Source: Chitinophagales bacterium (lineage in GTDB: Bacteria; Bacteroidota; Bacteroidia; Chitinophagales; UBA10324). From it: a stretch of DNA of 64,000 bases. The DNA is taken from NCBI GenBank assembly GCA_038326325.1, contig JBBQJW010000008.1:13521-77520 (forward strand), given 5' to 3'. The notes below the pieces were generated by a model that saw nothing but the letters and a program-made list of their open reading frames with translations, was not told where the DNA came from and did not search any database. Shown piece after piece: positions 41,396 to 51,376 of this stretch; the first letter of the stretch is position 1, and the number at the start of each line of letters is the position of its first letter. The translations under genes and the position numbers were made by a program.

Positions 41396-41818
41396 TTATG
41401 TGGCAAGTAGTTTCATAACCCTCGCCAATAGTTTTCGGCAATCAATAACTTCATTAAATGGTTGACTGATTCCAACTGTTAATCCCTTTACCCTTAATAG
41501 AAACACGCATTTATTGTCAGTTGTAATTTTCTTTTTCTTACGCATATCGTTTTGATTACAGGCAAGTAATATTTGCAATCGTTTGTTGCATTCATATTGG
41601 GTTGTGAAGCCAGGACTATTAAATAATGTTTCTGAATTGCCCGTTAGTTGATAGTGATAAGCGCCTTTTGAATTTCTATAAAATTCAAAATGGACTGAAT
41701 TTTCATTCTTGGTTTTTACAACTAACTCTTGCTTATTAAAATTATTCGCTGCATTTACTTTCATCACAATGGGTTTCGTATCCATAAAAATTGTGCAGTA
41801 AAATTCTTTAAATTTCAT
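41396..41818 (-). CDS. divergent YegP/DUF1508-like protein
   Basis: FEFYRNSKGAYHYQL...SPGFTTQYEC pattern. Confidence 0.5.
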   Translation of the reverse strand: MKFKEFYCTIFMDTKPIVMKVNAANNFNKQELVVKTKNENSVHFEFYRNSKGAYHYQLTGNSETLFNSPGFTTQYECNKRLQILLACNQNDMRKKKKITTDNKCVFLLRVKGLTVGISQPFNEVIDCRKLLARVMKLLAT

Positions 41819-41854
41819 TTCCTAAATGGTACAGATGATCCATTTATTTTAATT

Positions 41855-42040
41855 CTAAATAGTTGAAATAATCCGGTTGACTTCTTCTCTTGATATACCC
41901 AACTTAATTTGAAGTTTAGCTATCAGCTCTTCTTTTTTACCTTCAACAAAAAGCAAATCGCAGTTTGTAAGCGAAGCAAATTTCTGCTTGAGTTTCGCTT
42001 TTTGTTCATTCCAGTTGCCGTTCAGTTCTGTACCACTCAT
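41855..42040 (-). CDS. CsbD-like general stress protein
   Basis: GNWNEQKAKLKQKFASLT..DL...GK.EEL...LQIKLG. Confidence 0.85.
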   Translation of the reverse strand: MSGTELNGNWNEQKAKLKQKFASLTNCDLLFVEGKKEELIAKLQIKLGISREEVNRIISTI

Positions 42041-42079
42041 TTTTTATTATTTAACTTGTGAATGTTTTTTATTACTTGG

Positions 42080-42145
42080 CAAAGTTGACAGAGTAGAGCA
42101 CGATAACAGTTACACGCCTTCATAAATAAGTTGCATCATTCACAG
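42080..42145 (-). promoter_or_regulatory. regulon promoter A (CsbD-like gene)
   Basis: Minus strand TGTGAATGATGCAAC...GTGTAAC (21-bp spacing)...CAACTTTG. Confidence 0.75.
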
Positions 42146-42367
42146 ATTGCGATCGGTATTTTATTAATTCTTTAAATCCAGATTCAGTTATTATGAATCA
42201 ATTTATAGAATTCGAAATCCACATTAGCGGACTCTGTTGGTTCATAGGCAAGAACATCGTATGCGAAATTATCTGCCAAAAAAACATTGTATGGATTTAT
42301 TAATACCGCAAAAGTTATTTTGACTTTTGGGTCTCGTTCGAAATATCTAAAGTAAAACATGATGTTG

Positions 42368-42433
42368 CAAATGTGAAAGGTATAATGTCTTAATATGTTA
42401 CACTATTGTTAGTATATGTTGCATCATTCCCAT
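42368..42433 (-). promoter_or_regulatory. regulon promoter B
   Basis: TGGGAATGATGCAAC...GTGTAAC...CACATTTG. Confidence 0.75.
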
Positions 42434-42462
42434 ATTGCCCCGGTGCGAATTGAAAATAATAA

Positions 42463-42753
42463 TTATTTATTTCTTTGCTTCCCAAGAAGAAACGATTGAT
42501 ATACTTTTCCTTGAAATAATAAAAATTCCCTTAGACATTCTTCAGCGGATGCGCTTTGCAATTGCGCTTTATATGTATTTTCAAAACCTTTTGTGTGATT
42601 TCCTTCTTCATGATTTGCTGCAGCCAGCAGATGATACTTAGCAGCTAATTGAAAATGCATAGAGCAATTTTTGTGATTTGTAATTCTTTTTCGATTTTCT
42701 TCTTCAGGATTTTCCAATTGTGAAAATTTGTTTTGGATTTGTTTTAAATTCAT
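42463..42753 (-). CDS. small His/Ala-rich helical hypothetical protein
   Basis: HFQLAAKYHLLAAANHEEGNH pattern. Confidence 0.6.
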   Translation of the reverse strand: MNLKQIQNKFSQLENPEEENRKRITNHKNCSMHFQLAAKYHLLAAANHEEGNHTKGFENTYKAQLQSASAEECLREFLLFQGKVYQSFLLGKQRNK

Positions 42754-43083
42754 TTCATTAACAGTTGACTTGTTTTATTAATTTAATTTCCGTCAACGAC
42801 AGAAGTCAAATTCAAAAAAAAATCCTTTATATGAAATCTGTAATTTGGTTTCTGATAAAAAATTAAATCATTTTCATTTATTTTTAAATGAATAATACAA
42901 AGGGCGGGGAAGGCAGTGACTGTCATGCTTGTTTTTTCAGGATTAAAATTTATATATTCTGCTAACCATTCTTGTGATAAATGAAAAAAGGAAACTAAGG
43001 GCAAACGCAAACGCAATTTCTGAGAAGACAACAACGAGTAAAATTTTCATCAGTATATTTTTTTTGATTGAATTATTTCACGG

Positions 43084-43148
43084 TAAAGGTGTGATTCCAA
43101 ATAACAGAAGTGTTACACAACTTCTGAAATAGTTTACATGATTCACAT
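43084..43148 (-). promoter_or_regulatory. regulon promoter C
   Basis: TGTGAATCATGTAAAC...GTGTAAC...CACCTTTA. Confidence 0.75.
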
Positions 43149-43279
43149 ATTTTCAAAATGTTAAATTGAGTTCTTATTAAATCCGAAAAATCAAATTGTT
43201 ACATATATCCCACATTTTATATTTCTGACGAACAACAGGCTTGGTTACAAGTTACATTTACATAAACCATGATTAAAAC

Positions 43280-43840
43280 TTGAAACTTTACATAAAATAT
43301 ATGGTCAGTTTGCGGTGTAAAATGGTGGTGAAAGACGAGCTGAAAAAACTCGGATTGCATTATATAGTTGTCGAATTAGGAACTGTGGAAGTACTTGAGC
43401 AAATAACAAAAAAGCAACACGACGAGTTGAAAACAAATCTGCTTAAATCAGGTTTGGAATTGCTTGATGATAAGAGAAGTATCCTGATTGAAAAAATAAA
43501 AGGGGTAATAATTGAAATGATTCATTACTCAGATGAATTACCAGCGGTAAATTATTCTGATTTCATCGCTGAGAAATTAAAACACGATTACAATTATCTC
43601 TCAAATGTTTTTTCAGAAGTAAAAGGAATCACGATTCAGCAATTTATAATTATCAATAAAATAGAAAAGGTTAAAGAGTTGTTGTTGTATGATGAATTGA
43701 ATCTAACTGAGATTGCAAATAAAATGCACTACAGCAGTGTAGCTCATCTATCCGCTCAATTCAAAAAAATCACCGGTCTTTCGCCTTCCTATTTCAAACT
43801 ATTAAAACAAAAACGACAAGGCAACTTGGAAAACATGTGA
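43280..43840 (+). CDS. AraC-family regulator, paralog 1
   Basis: MVSLRCKMVV N-terminus; YSSVAHLSAQFKKITGLSP HTH; TTG start. Confidence 0.92.
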   Translation: MKLYIKYMVSLRCKMVVKDELKKLGLHYIVVELGTVEVLEQITKKQHDELKTNLLKSGLELLDDKRSILIEKIKGVIIEMIHYSDELPAVNYSDFIAEKLKHDYNYLSNVFSEVKGITIQQFIIINKIEKVKELLLYDELNLTEIANKMHYSSVAHLSAQFKKITGLSPSYFKLLKQKRQGNLENM

Positions 43841-43899
43841 TTTATATAATTTTTTTTCTGAGTTGTGTAACACTAAAGCAATTCAGAATATGACTTTTA
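43835..43899 (+). promoter_or_regulatory. regulon promoter D (cupin-AraC2-kinase-RR)
   Basis: TGTGATTTATATAAT...GTGTAAC...GACTTTTA. Confidence 0.7.
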
Positions 43900-43980
43900 C
43901 CCTCTTACTTTATAAGTAAGAGATATAAATAAAAGTAACCGGACTAATAAGACTTCATTTACAGCGAATAAAAAAATAAA

Positions 43981-44334
43981 ATGATAAATCAAAACGACAT
44001 TATTGAATTAGAAAAATCAAAGGCGCACATTGTTGTTGAGATTATTGAATACATGGCGAATGCGGTAGTAAGTAAAACAATTATTAAAAAGTCAACTGGC
44101 AACATAACAGTTTCTTCATTTGATGCCGGCGAAGAATTAGCTGAAAAACTTTCTCCGTTTGATAACTATATACAGATTATTGATGGCTCGGCTGATATTA
44201 CTATAAATGGAAAAAAATTAAAACTCACATTAGGCGAAGGCATTGTGATTCCCGCTCATACGAAGCATCACTTTAATGCGAACGAACAATTCAAAATGAT
44301 TTCGACTGTAATTAAAAGCGGTTACGAAGATTAG
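43981..44334 (+). CDS. cupin domain protein
   Basis: SFDAGEEL...QIIDG...IPAHTKH. Confidence 0.85.
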   Translation: MINQNDIIELEKSKAHIVVEIIEYMANAVVSKTIIKKSTGNITVSSFDAGEELAEKLSPFDNYIQIIDGSADITINGKKLKLTLGEGIVIPAHTKHHFNANEQFKMISTVIKSGYED

Positions 44335-44376
44335 TAAAGAGGAAAAATCAGTTATTTGTAATCTTAAATAAATAAA

Positions 44377-44979
44377 TTGAAACTCTTCATAAAGTACATG
44401 GTAAGTAACCGTTGCAAGATGATGGTGAAGGAAGAATTGAAAAAACTTGGTCTTCATTTTATTGTAGTGGAGTTGGGCGAAGTTGATGTAATGGAAGATT
44501 TATCAGCCGACCAAAGAATGAAGCTAAGCATTGGTTTGCATGCATCAGGTTTGGAACTGATGGATGATAAGCGCGCCGTGCTGATAGAAAAAATTATTAA
44601 TGTAATTATTGAAATGGTTCATCACGCCGATGAATTGCCCAAAGTGAATTACTCAGAATATATCAGCGAAAAACTAAATCACGATTATACCTATCTGTCA
44701 AATATGTTTTCAGAAGTGCGGGGCGTCACCATTCAACAATTTATAATCGTGCATAAAGTGGAGCGCATAAAAGAGTTGATACTATACGGCGAGTTGACGC
44801 TAACCGAAATTTCTTACAAAATGAATTACAGTAGCGTGGCGCATTTATCAAATCAGTTTAAAAAAATTACGGGACTTACTCCTTCGCACTTCAAGCAAAT
44901 GAAGGATAATAGAAGAAGTCCCATTGAAGAAATAGGAAATCAATCTGCGGTTCACGAAGATTGGAACGGAATAAAATAA
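44377..44979 (+). CDS. AraC-family regulator, paralog 2
   Basis: MVSNRCKMMV; YSSVAHLSNQFKKITGLTP. Confidence 0.92.
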   Translation: MKLFIKYMVSNRCKMMVKEELKKLGLHFIVVELGEVDVMEDLSADQRMKLSIGLHASGLELMDDKRAVLIEKIINVIIEMVHHADELPKVNYSEYISEKLNHDYTYLSNMFSEVRGVTIQQFIIVHKVERIKELILYGELTLTEISYKMNYSSVAHLSNQFKKITGLTPSHFKQMKDNRRSPIEEIGNQSAVHEDWNGIK

Positions 44980-44984
44980 ACGGG

Positions 44985-47942
44985 ATGAGAAAAAGATTAA
45001 CAAAGCAGGAAGAGGATTTTAATCAGCTTGTCGAATATGAAAAGAGCGGAACTCTTGCTGCACTTATAATTGAATCATCTGATTTGGCTATCAAAACAAA
45101 AACACTCGAAGGAATTATAACATCGTGGAATTATGGTGCTGAAAAAATTTATGGATACAAGGATTCAGAAATAATTGGAAAAAATATAAATTTACTAATT
45201 CCTCCGAGTCACATTGATAAATTTCACGCATTAACAAAGAAAATTATCGAAGGACATACAATTTCTCACTATGAAACCAAAGTAGAAAGAAAGGATGGAA
45301 TTACAATTGATGTTTTACTATCTCTCTCGCCTATAAAAGATAAAAAAGGAAAAGTAATTGGTATTGCTACACTTGACAGGGATATTACTGAATTGAAGGT
45401 TGCAAATAAGGAACTGTTTTTTCAGAATGAAGAGAAAGGAAAGCGAGCCGATGAATTGCTCATTGCCAACAAAGAACTTGCATTTCAAAACAAGGAGAAA
45501 AAAAAACGAGCTGCCGAGTTGGTGATTGCTGATAAGGAACTTGTTTTCCAAAACGATGAAAAAGAAAAACGGGTAATAGAAAGTCTGGAATTGGAAGCAA
45601 TCAGTAATTCTGTAAAAAAGGATTCGCTGTATGCTCGAAGTTTAATTGAAGCATCAACCGACCCATTGGTTACAATTTCACCAGAAGGAAAAATTACTGA
45701 TGTAAACGAAGCGTCGGTAAGTGTAACAGGTATGTCGCGCGAGAAATTAATCGGCACTGATTTCTCCGATTATTTTACAGAGCCGGAAAAGGCGCGTGAA
45801 GGATACAAGCAGGTATTCGATAAATCATTTGTTGCAGATTATCCACTAACCATTCGACACAAGAATGGAAAACTGACCGATGTACTTTACAATGCTTCTG
45901 TTTATAAGGATGAAACCGGGAAAGTGCTTGGAGTGTTTGCCGCCGCGAGAGATGTTACAGCGCAAAAATTACTTTCGAAATATTCGCTCAGTTTAATTGA
46001 AGCGAGTCTTGACCCCTTGGTTACAATTAATACAGAAGGAAAGATAACCGACATGAATGAAGCTTGGGCTAAAATTACAGGTATGTCGCGCGAAAAATTA
46101 ACCGGCACTGACTTCTTCGATTATTTTACTGAGCCACAAAAGGCGCGTGAAGTGTATCAGGAAATTTTTGAAAATGGATTTGTAAAAAATTATCCTCTGA
46201 CAATAACGGATGGAAAATTAACTGATGTATTATTCAATGGCTCCGTTTATAAAGACGACAATGGAAAGGTGTTGGGGGTGGTAATTGTAGCAAGAGATGT
46301 AACAGAACAAAAAAAAATTGGGACGGAATTAATTGAAGCAAAAGTTTTTGCCGAACTCGCAACTGAAATCGCTGAAGAAGCGAAATTGAAAGCCGAAAGC
46401 GCAACACGAATTGCGGTGGAAGCCGTGAAAGCAAAGCAACAATTTCTCTCGAATATGAGTCACGAAATTCGCACGCCTATGAATGCGATTATCGGATTTA
46501 CAAAAGTGGTTTTGAAAACTGATTTAACGACGAAACAAAAGGAATATTTGCAGGCGATAAAAATGAGTGGCGACGCTTTGATCGTGCTTATCAATGATAT
46601 TTTGGATTTAGCGAAAGTGGATGCTGGTAAAATGTCGTTCGAACAAACACCATTTAAACTCGCTCAGTCACTTTCCTCCATGTTGCATTTGTTCGAAACA
46701 AAAATTCAGGAAAAAAATTTAGCGCTTGTAAAAAAATACGACGATACAATTCCTGAAGTTTTATTGGGCGACTCGGTGCGATTGCATCAGATAATTTTAA
46801 ATCTTGTAACCAACGCTGTGAAGTTTACCAGTAAAGGAAAAATTACCGTGAGCGCAAAATTGATTCGGGAAGATGAAGAAAAAGTATCGGTTCAGTTTTC
46901 GGTTACTGATACGGGAATTGGGATTGCGGAAAATAAAATTGAAAAAATATTTGAAAACTTTGAGCAGGCCTCAAGCGGAACTTCAAGATTGTATGGAGGA
47001 ACGGGATTGGGATTGGCGATTGTAAAACAACTGGTACTTGCGCAGGGCGGAACCATTGAAGTTAAAAGCAAAGTTGATGAAGGTTCTGAATTCAGTTTTG
47101 TTTTAATGTTTGAGAAAACAAAAGCAAAGGCGGAAATGGAATCAGGAATTGTAGAAACTGATACAGAAATAAAAGACATTAAAATATTAGTGGTTGAAGA
47201 CATCGCACTCAATCAACTGCTGATGAAAACACTGCTCGATGATTTTGGTTTTGGCTGTGAAATCGCGATGAATGGAAAAATCGCCATTGAGAAATTGGAG
47301 AAAAATTCGTACGATATTATTCTGATGGATTTGCAAATGCCGGAAATGAATGGCTTCGAAGCGACTGAATACATCCGGAACACATTGAATTTAAACATTC
47401 CAATTATCGCCTTAACGGCTGATGTAACAACAGTTGATTTGGCAAAATGCAAGGCGGTAGGCATGAATGATTATATTGCAAAACCGGTTGACGAAAGATT
47501 ATTGTACACTAAAATTATCGGGATGATAAAAAAGCCCATACTTCCAAATCTTGTCGATTCACATCCCCCAAAAAAAATTAAATATACCGACCTTAGTTAT
47601 TTGAATCATCGCACAAAATCAAATCCGAAATTAATGATGGAAATGATTTCGTTGTACCTTGAACAAACCCCGCCGTTGGTCAGCAGCATGAAATTAAGTT
47701 TTCAAAACAAAGACTGGAGTTCATTGTATTCATCCGTGCATAAAATGATTCCATCGTTTTCCATTATGGGAATAAGTATTGATTATGAAAACATGGCGAA
47801 AACAATTCAGGAATTCGCCGGCACTCAGAAACAATCCGAAGGCATTTATGAGTTAGTGTTACAGCTTGAAAATATTTGCGTGCAGGCGTGTTTGGAATTG
47901 GAAGAAGAGTTTAATACGATTAAAAATAAAAATGATGAATAG
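44985..47942 (+). CDS. cytoplasmic hybrid histidine kinase (3 PAS, HisKA, HATPase, REC, Hpt)
   Basis: SHEIRTPMN, GGTGLGL, ILMDLQMP and VHKMIPS motifs; no TM segment seen. Confidence 0.95.
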   Translation: MRKRLTKQEEDFNQLVEYEKSGTLAALIIESSDLAIKTKTLEGIITSWNYGAEKIYGYKDSEIIGKNINLLIPPSHIDKFHALTKKIIEGHTISHYETKVERKDGITIDVLLSLSPIKDKKGKVIGIATLDRDITELKVANKELFFQNEEKGKRADELLIANKELAFQNKEKKKRAAELVIADKELVFQNDEKEKRVIESLELEAISNSVKKDSLYARSLIEASTDPLVTISPEGKITDVNEASVSVTGMSREKLIGTDFSDYFTEPEKAREGYKQVFDKSFVADYPLTIRHKNGKLTDVLYNASVYKDETGKVLGVFAAARDVTAQKLLSKYSLSLIEASLDPLVTINTEGKITDMNEAWAKITGMSREKLTGTDFFDYFTEPQKAREVYQEIFENGFVKNYPLTITDGKLTDVLFNGSVYKDDNGKVLGVVIVARDVTEQKKIGTELIEAKVFAELATEIAEEAKLKAESATRIAVEAVKAKQQFLSNMSHEIRTPMNAIIGFTKVVLKTDLTTKQKEYLQAIKMSGDALIVLINDILDLAKVDAGKMSFEQTPFKLAQSLSSMLHLFETKIQEKNLALVKKYDDTIPEVLLGDSVRLHQIILNLVTNAVKFTSKGKITVSAKLIREDEEKVSVQFSVTDTGIGIAENKIEKIFENFEQASSGTSRLYGGTGLGLAIVKQLVLAQGGTIEVKSKVDEGSEFSFVLMFEKTKAKAEMESGIVETDTEIKDIKILVVEDIALNQLLMKTLLDDFGFGCEIAMNGKIAIEKLEKNSYDIILMDLQMPEMNGFEATEYIRNTLNLNIPIIALTADVTTVDLAKCKAVGMNDYIAKPVDERLLYTKIIGMIKKPILPNLVDSHPPKKIKYTDLSYLNHRTKSNPKLMMEMISLYLEQTPPLVSSMKLSFQNKDWSSLYSSVHKMIPSFSIMGISIDYENMAKTIQEFAGTQKQSEGIYELVLQLENICVQACLELEEEFNTIKNKNDE

Positions 47943-48369
47943 CGGAAATAAAATAAAACTTTTTCTTGTCGACGACGACGCTGTATTTCTGAAATCAATG
48001 GAAATAGAATTTCTGCAACACGCCGATTTTGAAATTGAAACTTACGCGACCGGCGAATTATGTGTTGAAAGTTTATCGCACAATCCCGATGTGGTTATTC
48101 TTGATTATAATTTAGATGGCATTGATAAAAATGCTATGGACGGAATTGCAACATTGGATAAAATAAAAGCATTCAACTCAGAGATTCCGGTTATCATGCT
48201 TTCGTCGCAGGATAAAATTGATATTGCTATTAGTTGCATGCACCATAAGGCATTTGATTATGTAATGAAAAGCGAAACAGCTTTTATGCGGTTGCAAAAA
48301 TGTATCACTATTATTTTCAATCAGAAAAAATTAGAGAAAGAATTGAACTGGTACATGGAGCGGGCATAA
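47932..48369 (+). CDS. single-domain response regulator
   Basis: LVDDD...ILDYNL...DYVMK. Confidence 0.9.
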   Translation: MMNSGNKIKLFLVDDDAVFLKSMEIEFLQHADFEIETYATGELCVESLSHNPDVVILDYNLDGIDKNAMDGIATLDKIKAFNSEIPVIMLSSQDKIDIAISCMHHKAFDYVMKSETAFMRLQKCITIIFNQKKLEKELNWYMERA

Positions 48370-48428
48370 GCAGTAACATTCAACTGCATATTTGTTTCCA
48401 GTTATGATATTCAAATTTCTATATCCAT

Positions 48429-48494
48429 GTGTGAACGATGTAACATTTTTAACAAATTGTGTAACAGTTAACCTAACCTCTGCCTTTACTTTTG
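48429..48494 (+). promoter_or_regulatory. regulon promoter E
   Basis: TGTGAACGATGTAAC...GTGTAAC...TACTTTTG. Confidence 0.8.
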
Positions 48495-48529
48495 CACCGT
48501 AACAATTCAGTTGCAAAAAAAATTAATCA

Positions 48530-48970
48530 ATGAAAAAAATAATTTATTTCACGGCTTTATCGGTTATGATTTCAGGAAGTCTTTTCACTTCTTGTGCTTC
48601 AAACGAAAAGAAAGTTGAAAACGCACAGGCAAATGTAGAAGACGCGAAACAAGATTTAACTGACGCGAAAAATAAATTGGCTGCTGAGTACCCTATGTTT
48701 AAATCTGATGCTGAAAAGAAAATCGCTGAAAATGAAAAGCGAATTAATAGTTTAAAAGCAAAGCCATATAAAACAGGTAATGCTGAGTTAGATGAGACAC
48801 ATCAAACAAAAATTGATAACCTTGAAAAGAAGAATGCAGAGTTAAGAAACAGATTATATACTTACGAACACGAGCATTCTGATTGGCAGGAATTCAAGCG
48901 TGGTTTTAATCTTGACCTTGATGCGATTGATAATGCCTTTAAAGATTTGGATAAGGATAAAGGGAATTAA
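48530..48970 (+). CDS. coiled-coil lipoprotein
   Basis: Lipobox FTSC; WQEFKRGF. Confidence 0.8.
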   Translation: MKKIIYFTALSVMISGSLFTSCASNEKKVENAQANVEDAKQDLTDAKNKLAAEYPMFKSDAEKKIAENEKRINSLKAKPYKTGNAELDETHQTKIDNLEKKNAELRNRLYTYEHEHSDWQEFKRGFNLDLDAIDNAFKDLDKDKGN

Positions 48971-48995
48971 GTATTAAGAATTTAAAACTGTTTTC

Positions 48996-49020
48996 GAAAC
49001 GACCCTTTTGGGGCGTTTCT
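48996..49020 (+). terminator. probable terminator
   Basis: GAAACGACCC-TTTTG-GGGCGTTTC. Confidence 0.5.
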
Positions 49021-49075
49021 ATTTAACTATATTAATTAACCGGAAACAATCAGTTTTCATCATTCACCTTATCAA

Positions 49076-49142
49076 TGTGTAATTGATATAACTTATTACT
49101 GAATTTGTGTAACACTCAAGCTGGTTTGAGCAATCACCTTTA
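49076..49142 (+). promoter_or_regulatory. regulon promoter F
   Basis: TGTAATTGATATAAC...GTGTAAC...CACCTTTA. Confidence 0.72.
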
Positions 49143-49195
49143 AATAAAAATTCCGGCGTTTACGGAAAAAATAAATAATTCTTTTAAAACTTTAA

Positions 49196-49684
49196 TTGGC
49201 CAAACACAATCAATTAAATGAAATCTTAAGCAATGTCATCAGCGTATTGGTGGCGGACGATGATTATGATGATTATTTATTATTCGAACACGCGATAAAT
49301 GCGTTGCGGCTCCCATTTACCATTACACATTTAAGCAAGAGTAAAAGCCTGATGGATGCCTTATCGTTGAATCGCTTCGACATTATTTTTCTTAATTTAT
49401 TCATTCCCGTTAAAACCGGAATGAAGTGCTTGACGGAAATAAAACAGAATGAAAAGTATAAGAATGTTCCAGTGGCATTCTTAACACGAATAGATGACGA
49501 ACTTCTAATTAGAAGATGTTTCGGAATGGGAGCTAATAATTATATATTGAAGCTACATTCTGTAAAAGACATGATTGTATTACTTAAAAATTTATTTGCA
49601 CAACCTGATTTGAAATTAACAGGAACAATGAAACCAACTGTTACACTTTATTTTCCTTTATTCAATCAATTTTCTAAAAATTAA
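49196..49684 (+). CDS. atypical response regulator (phosphoacceptor D replaced by N)
   Basis: VADDD...IIFLNL...GANNYILK. Confidence 0.75.
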   Translation: MAKHNQLNEILSNVISVLVADDDYDDYLLFEHAINALRLPFTITHLSKSKSLMDALSLNRFDIIFLNLFIPVKTGMKCLTEIKQNEKYKNVPVAFLTRIDDELLIRRCFGMGANNYILKLHSVKDMIVLLKNLFAQPDLKLTGTMKPTVTLYFPLFNQFSKN

Positions 49685-51207
49685 TTGTAGTGTCCGCTGC
49701 GTTTTTTATTTTCAAGATACAATAACAAAAATATTTTTTGTTCAGTTTGTGTCTGATGAATAGAAGTGCGATTGGGGGCATATCGGTCATTAATATAAAT
49801 GTATTCCTCTATCCCAATACTCAGGTTCTTTATGAGTGTAACAGTAATTCTGGGTTTTAAAATTCCAACGAAATTATCGCCGGGAAATCCGACATAAGTA
49901 TGAATCCAGAAATAGTAAGCGATGAAAGTAGCTGTCGCAGCGTTGCCTAAATTAATGGTGCTTTCAAGTTTTCCTTGCAATCCTCCCCCGAAATTATAAT
50001 CTCTGAAAAGCGTTGAATCAGGACCAAATCGAGTACTGCTTCCCGCAAAAGGAACTACAGCCAAATGAAGTGATGTATAAAGGTTTGATTCTTTATGAAT
50101 ATTGAGTCTTGAAATTATTCCTTCACCGAATCCAATGGTTCCCAATTCAAAAGTTTCATTATCCCAATAATCATAATATTGAAATCCGCCCGTGAGTAAA
50201 TCAAGTTTTCCCATTTTGCGATTTCGAGTAAATAAATTTCCAAATCCTGAAACATGATTTAATAATTTTCTTCCAGCACCATAACTCAAATCCATTCTGA
50301 TTTTGAAAACATCAAATGGTTTTCGTTTTATTTTTTCAAAAGGATTGCCGTAATCAATCTGAAGATTCAGAATTTCATTTACTTGACCTGTAAAAAATTC
50401 TTTGTTTGTATTCACTTTATGAATCCCTGCAAACAATGAAATATTACACGGCTCTTTCTGATACACTTCTTTATGTGTTACACGAAACATTTTTCCATTC
50501 GTAAGTCTGTTCAATGCACCTGTCGGACATAGTAAACCTGCTGTCACTTCCCGAACTACCCGTTCGGCTCCGCGACTTTGATCATCAAGAACATTTGTAC
50601 TCAAGCGATAAAGTATTTCTCCGAGAAAAACGCCACTGACAGGGGTATTAATAATATCGTTATAAGATGGTCGAGATGTTTCTCCAAAATACTCCCACAT
50701 CAAACTTCCACCAATTGCGAATGGAACCGATTCAAAAAAACTATAGCCGTTTGAACGAGCCGCTTTATAATACAGCGAGCCGGAATAAGGATGCCCGATA
50801 AAATTTATTCCGAATTTATCAGAGTCCCATTCCCACCCTGTTTTCATATTATACTTCCATGATTCTGGACCTATATGAGAGTAATCAAAATTAAAAACAT
50901 ATCTATCAATAGACCATATTAAACCATTTACTCCAATGACTTCTATTGTAGGAATCCAGATTGGATACTTTCTGTTATATAAAGTGTCATCATCAGTAAG
51001 GTTGCCATACATGTTGTGTTTTCGCTTTGTTCGAGGAGAATCGGACAGAAAAACAAAATCATGTGTTCGTTTGAATTGTGAATAGTAATTCAGATTTTTT
51101 TCCTGAGGGTGAATGGAAAAATTATTTCTTCCAATGGAAACAAAATCCTGCGCATTAATTGTTGAAGTTAATAGAAAAGAAAAAATGAATAAGTAGAAAT
51201 ATTTCAT
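49681..51207 (-). CDS. DUF3943-like outer membrane protein
   Basis: NFIGHPYSGSLY...ARSNG...WEYFGE...PSYND. Confidence 0.8.
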   Translation of the reverse strand: MKYFYLFIFSFLLTSTINAQDFVSIGRNNFSIHPQEKNLNYYSQFKRTHDFVFLSDSPRTKRKHNMYGNLTDDDTLYNRKYPIWIPTIEVIGVNGLIWSIDRYVFNFDYSHIGPESWKYNMKTGWEWDSDKFGINFIGHPYSGSLYYKAARSNGYSFFESVPFAIGGSLMWEYFGETSRPSYNDIINTPVSGVFLGEILYRLSTNVLDDQSRGAERVVREVTAGLLCPTGALNRLTNGKMFRVTHKEVYQKEPCNISLFAGIHKVNTNKEFFTGQVNEILNLQIDYGNPFEKIKRKPFDVFKIRMDLSYGAGRKLLNHVSGFGNLFTRNRKMGKLDLLTGGFQYYDYWDNETFELGTIGFGEGIISRLNIHKESNLYTSLHLAVVPFAGSSTRFGPDSTLFRDYNFGGGLQGKLESTINLGNAATATFIAYYFWIHTYVGFPGDNFVGILKPRITVTLIKNLSIGIEEYIYINDRYAPNRTSIHQTQTEQKIFLLLYLENKKRSGHYN

Positions 51208-51376
51208 TTTGGATTTATTTTATTTTTTTGAAAAAAAATGATAAAGGAATTTTAATAATCATCCGAATTAAATTTTAAGGAGTGATTGCTAAATAATATG
51301 CTACACAAATCTGTGTCCACCTTATTCAAATGATGAAGAAGAAAAAAGTGTTGGCATTGTTATTTCTGAATACCAA

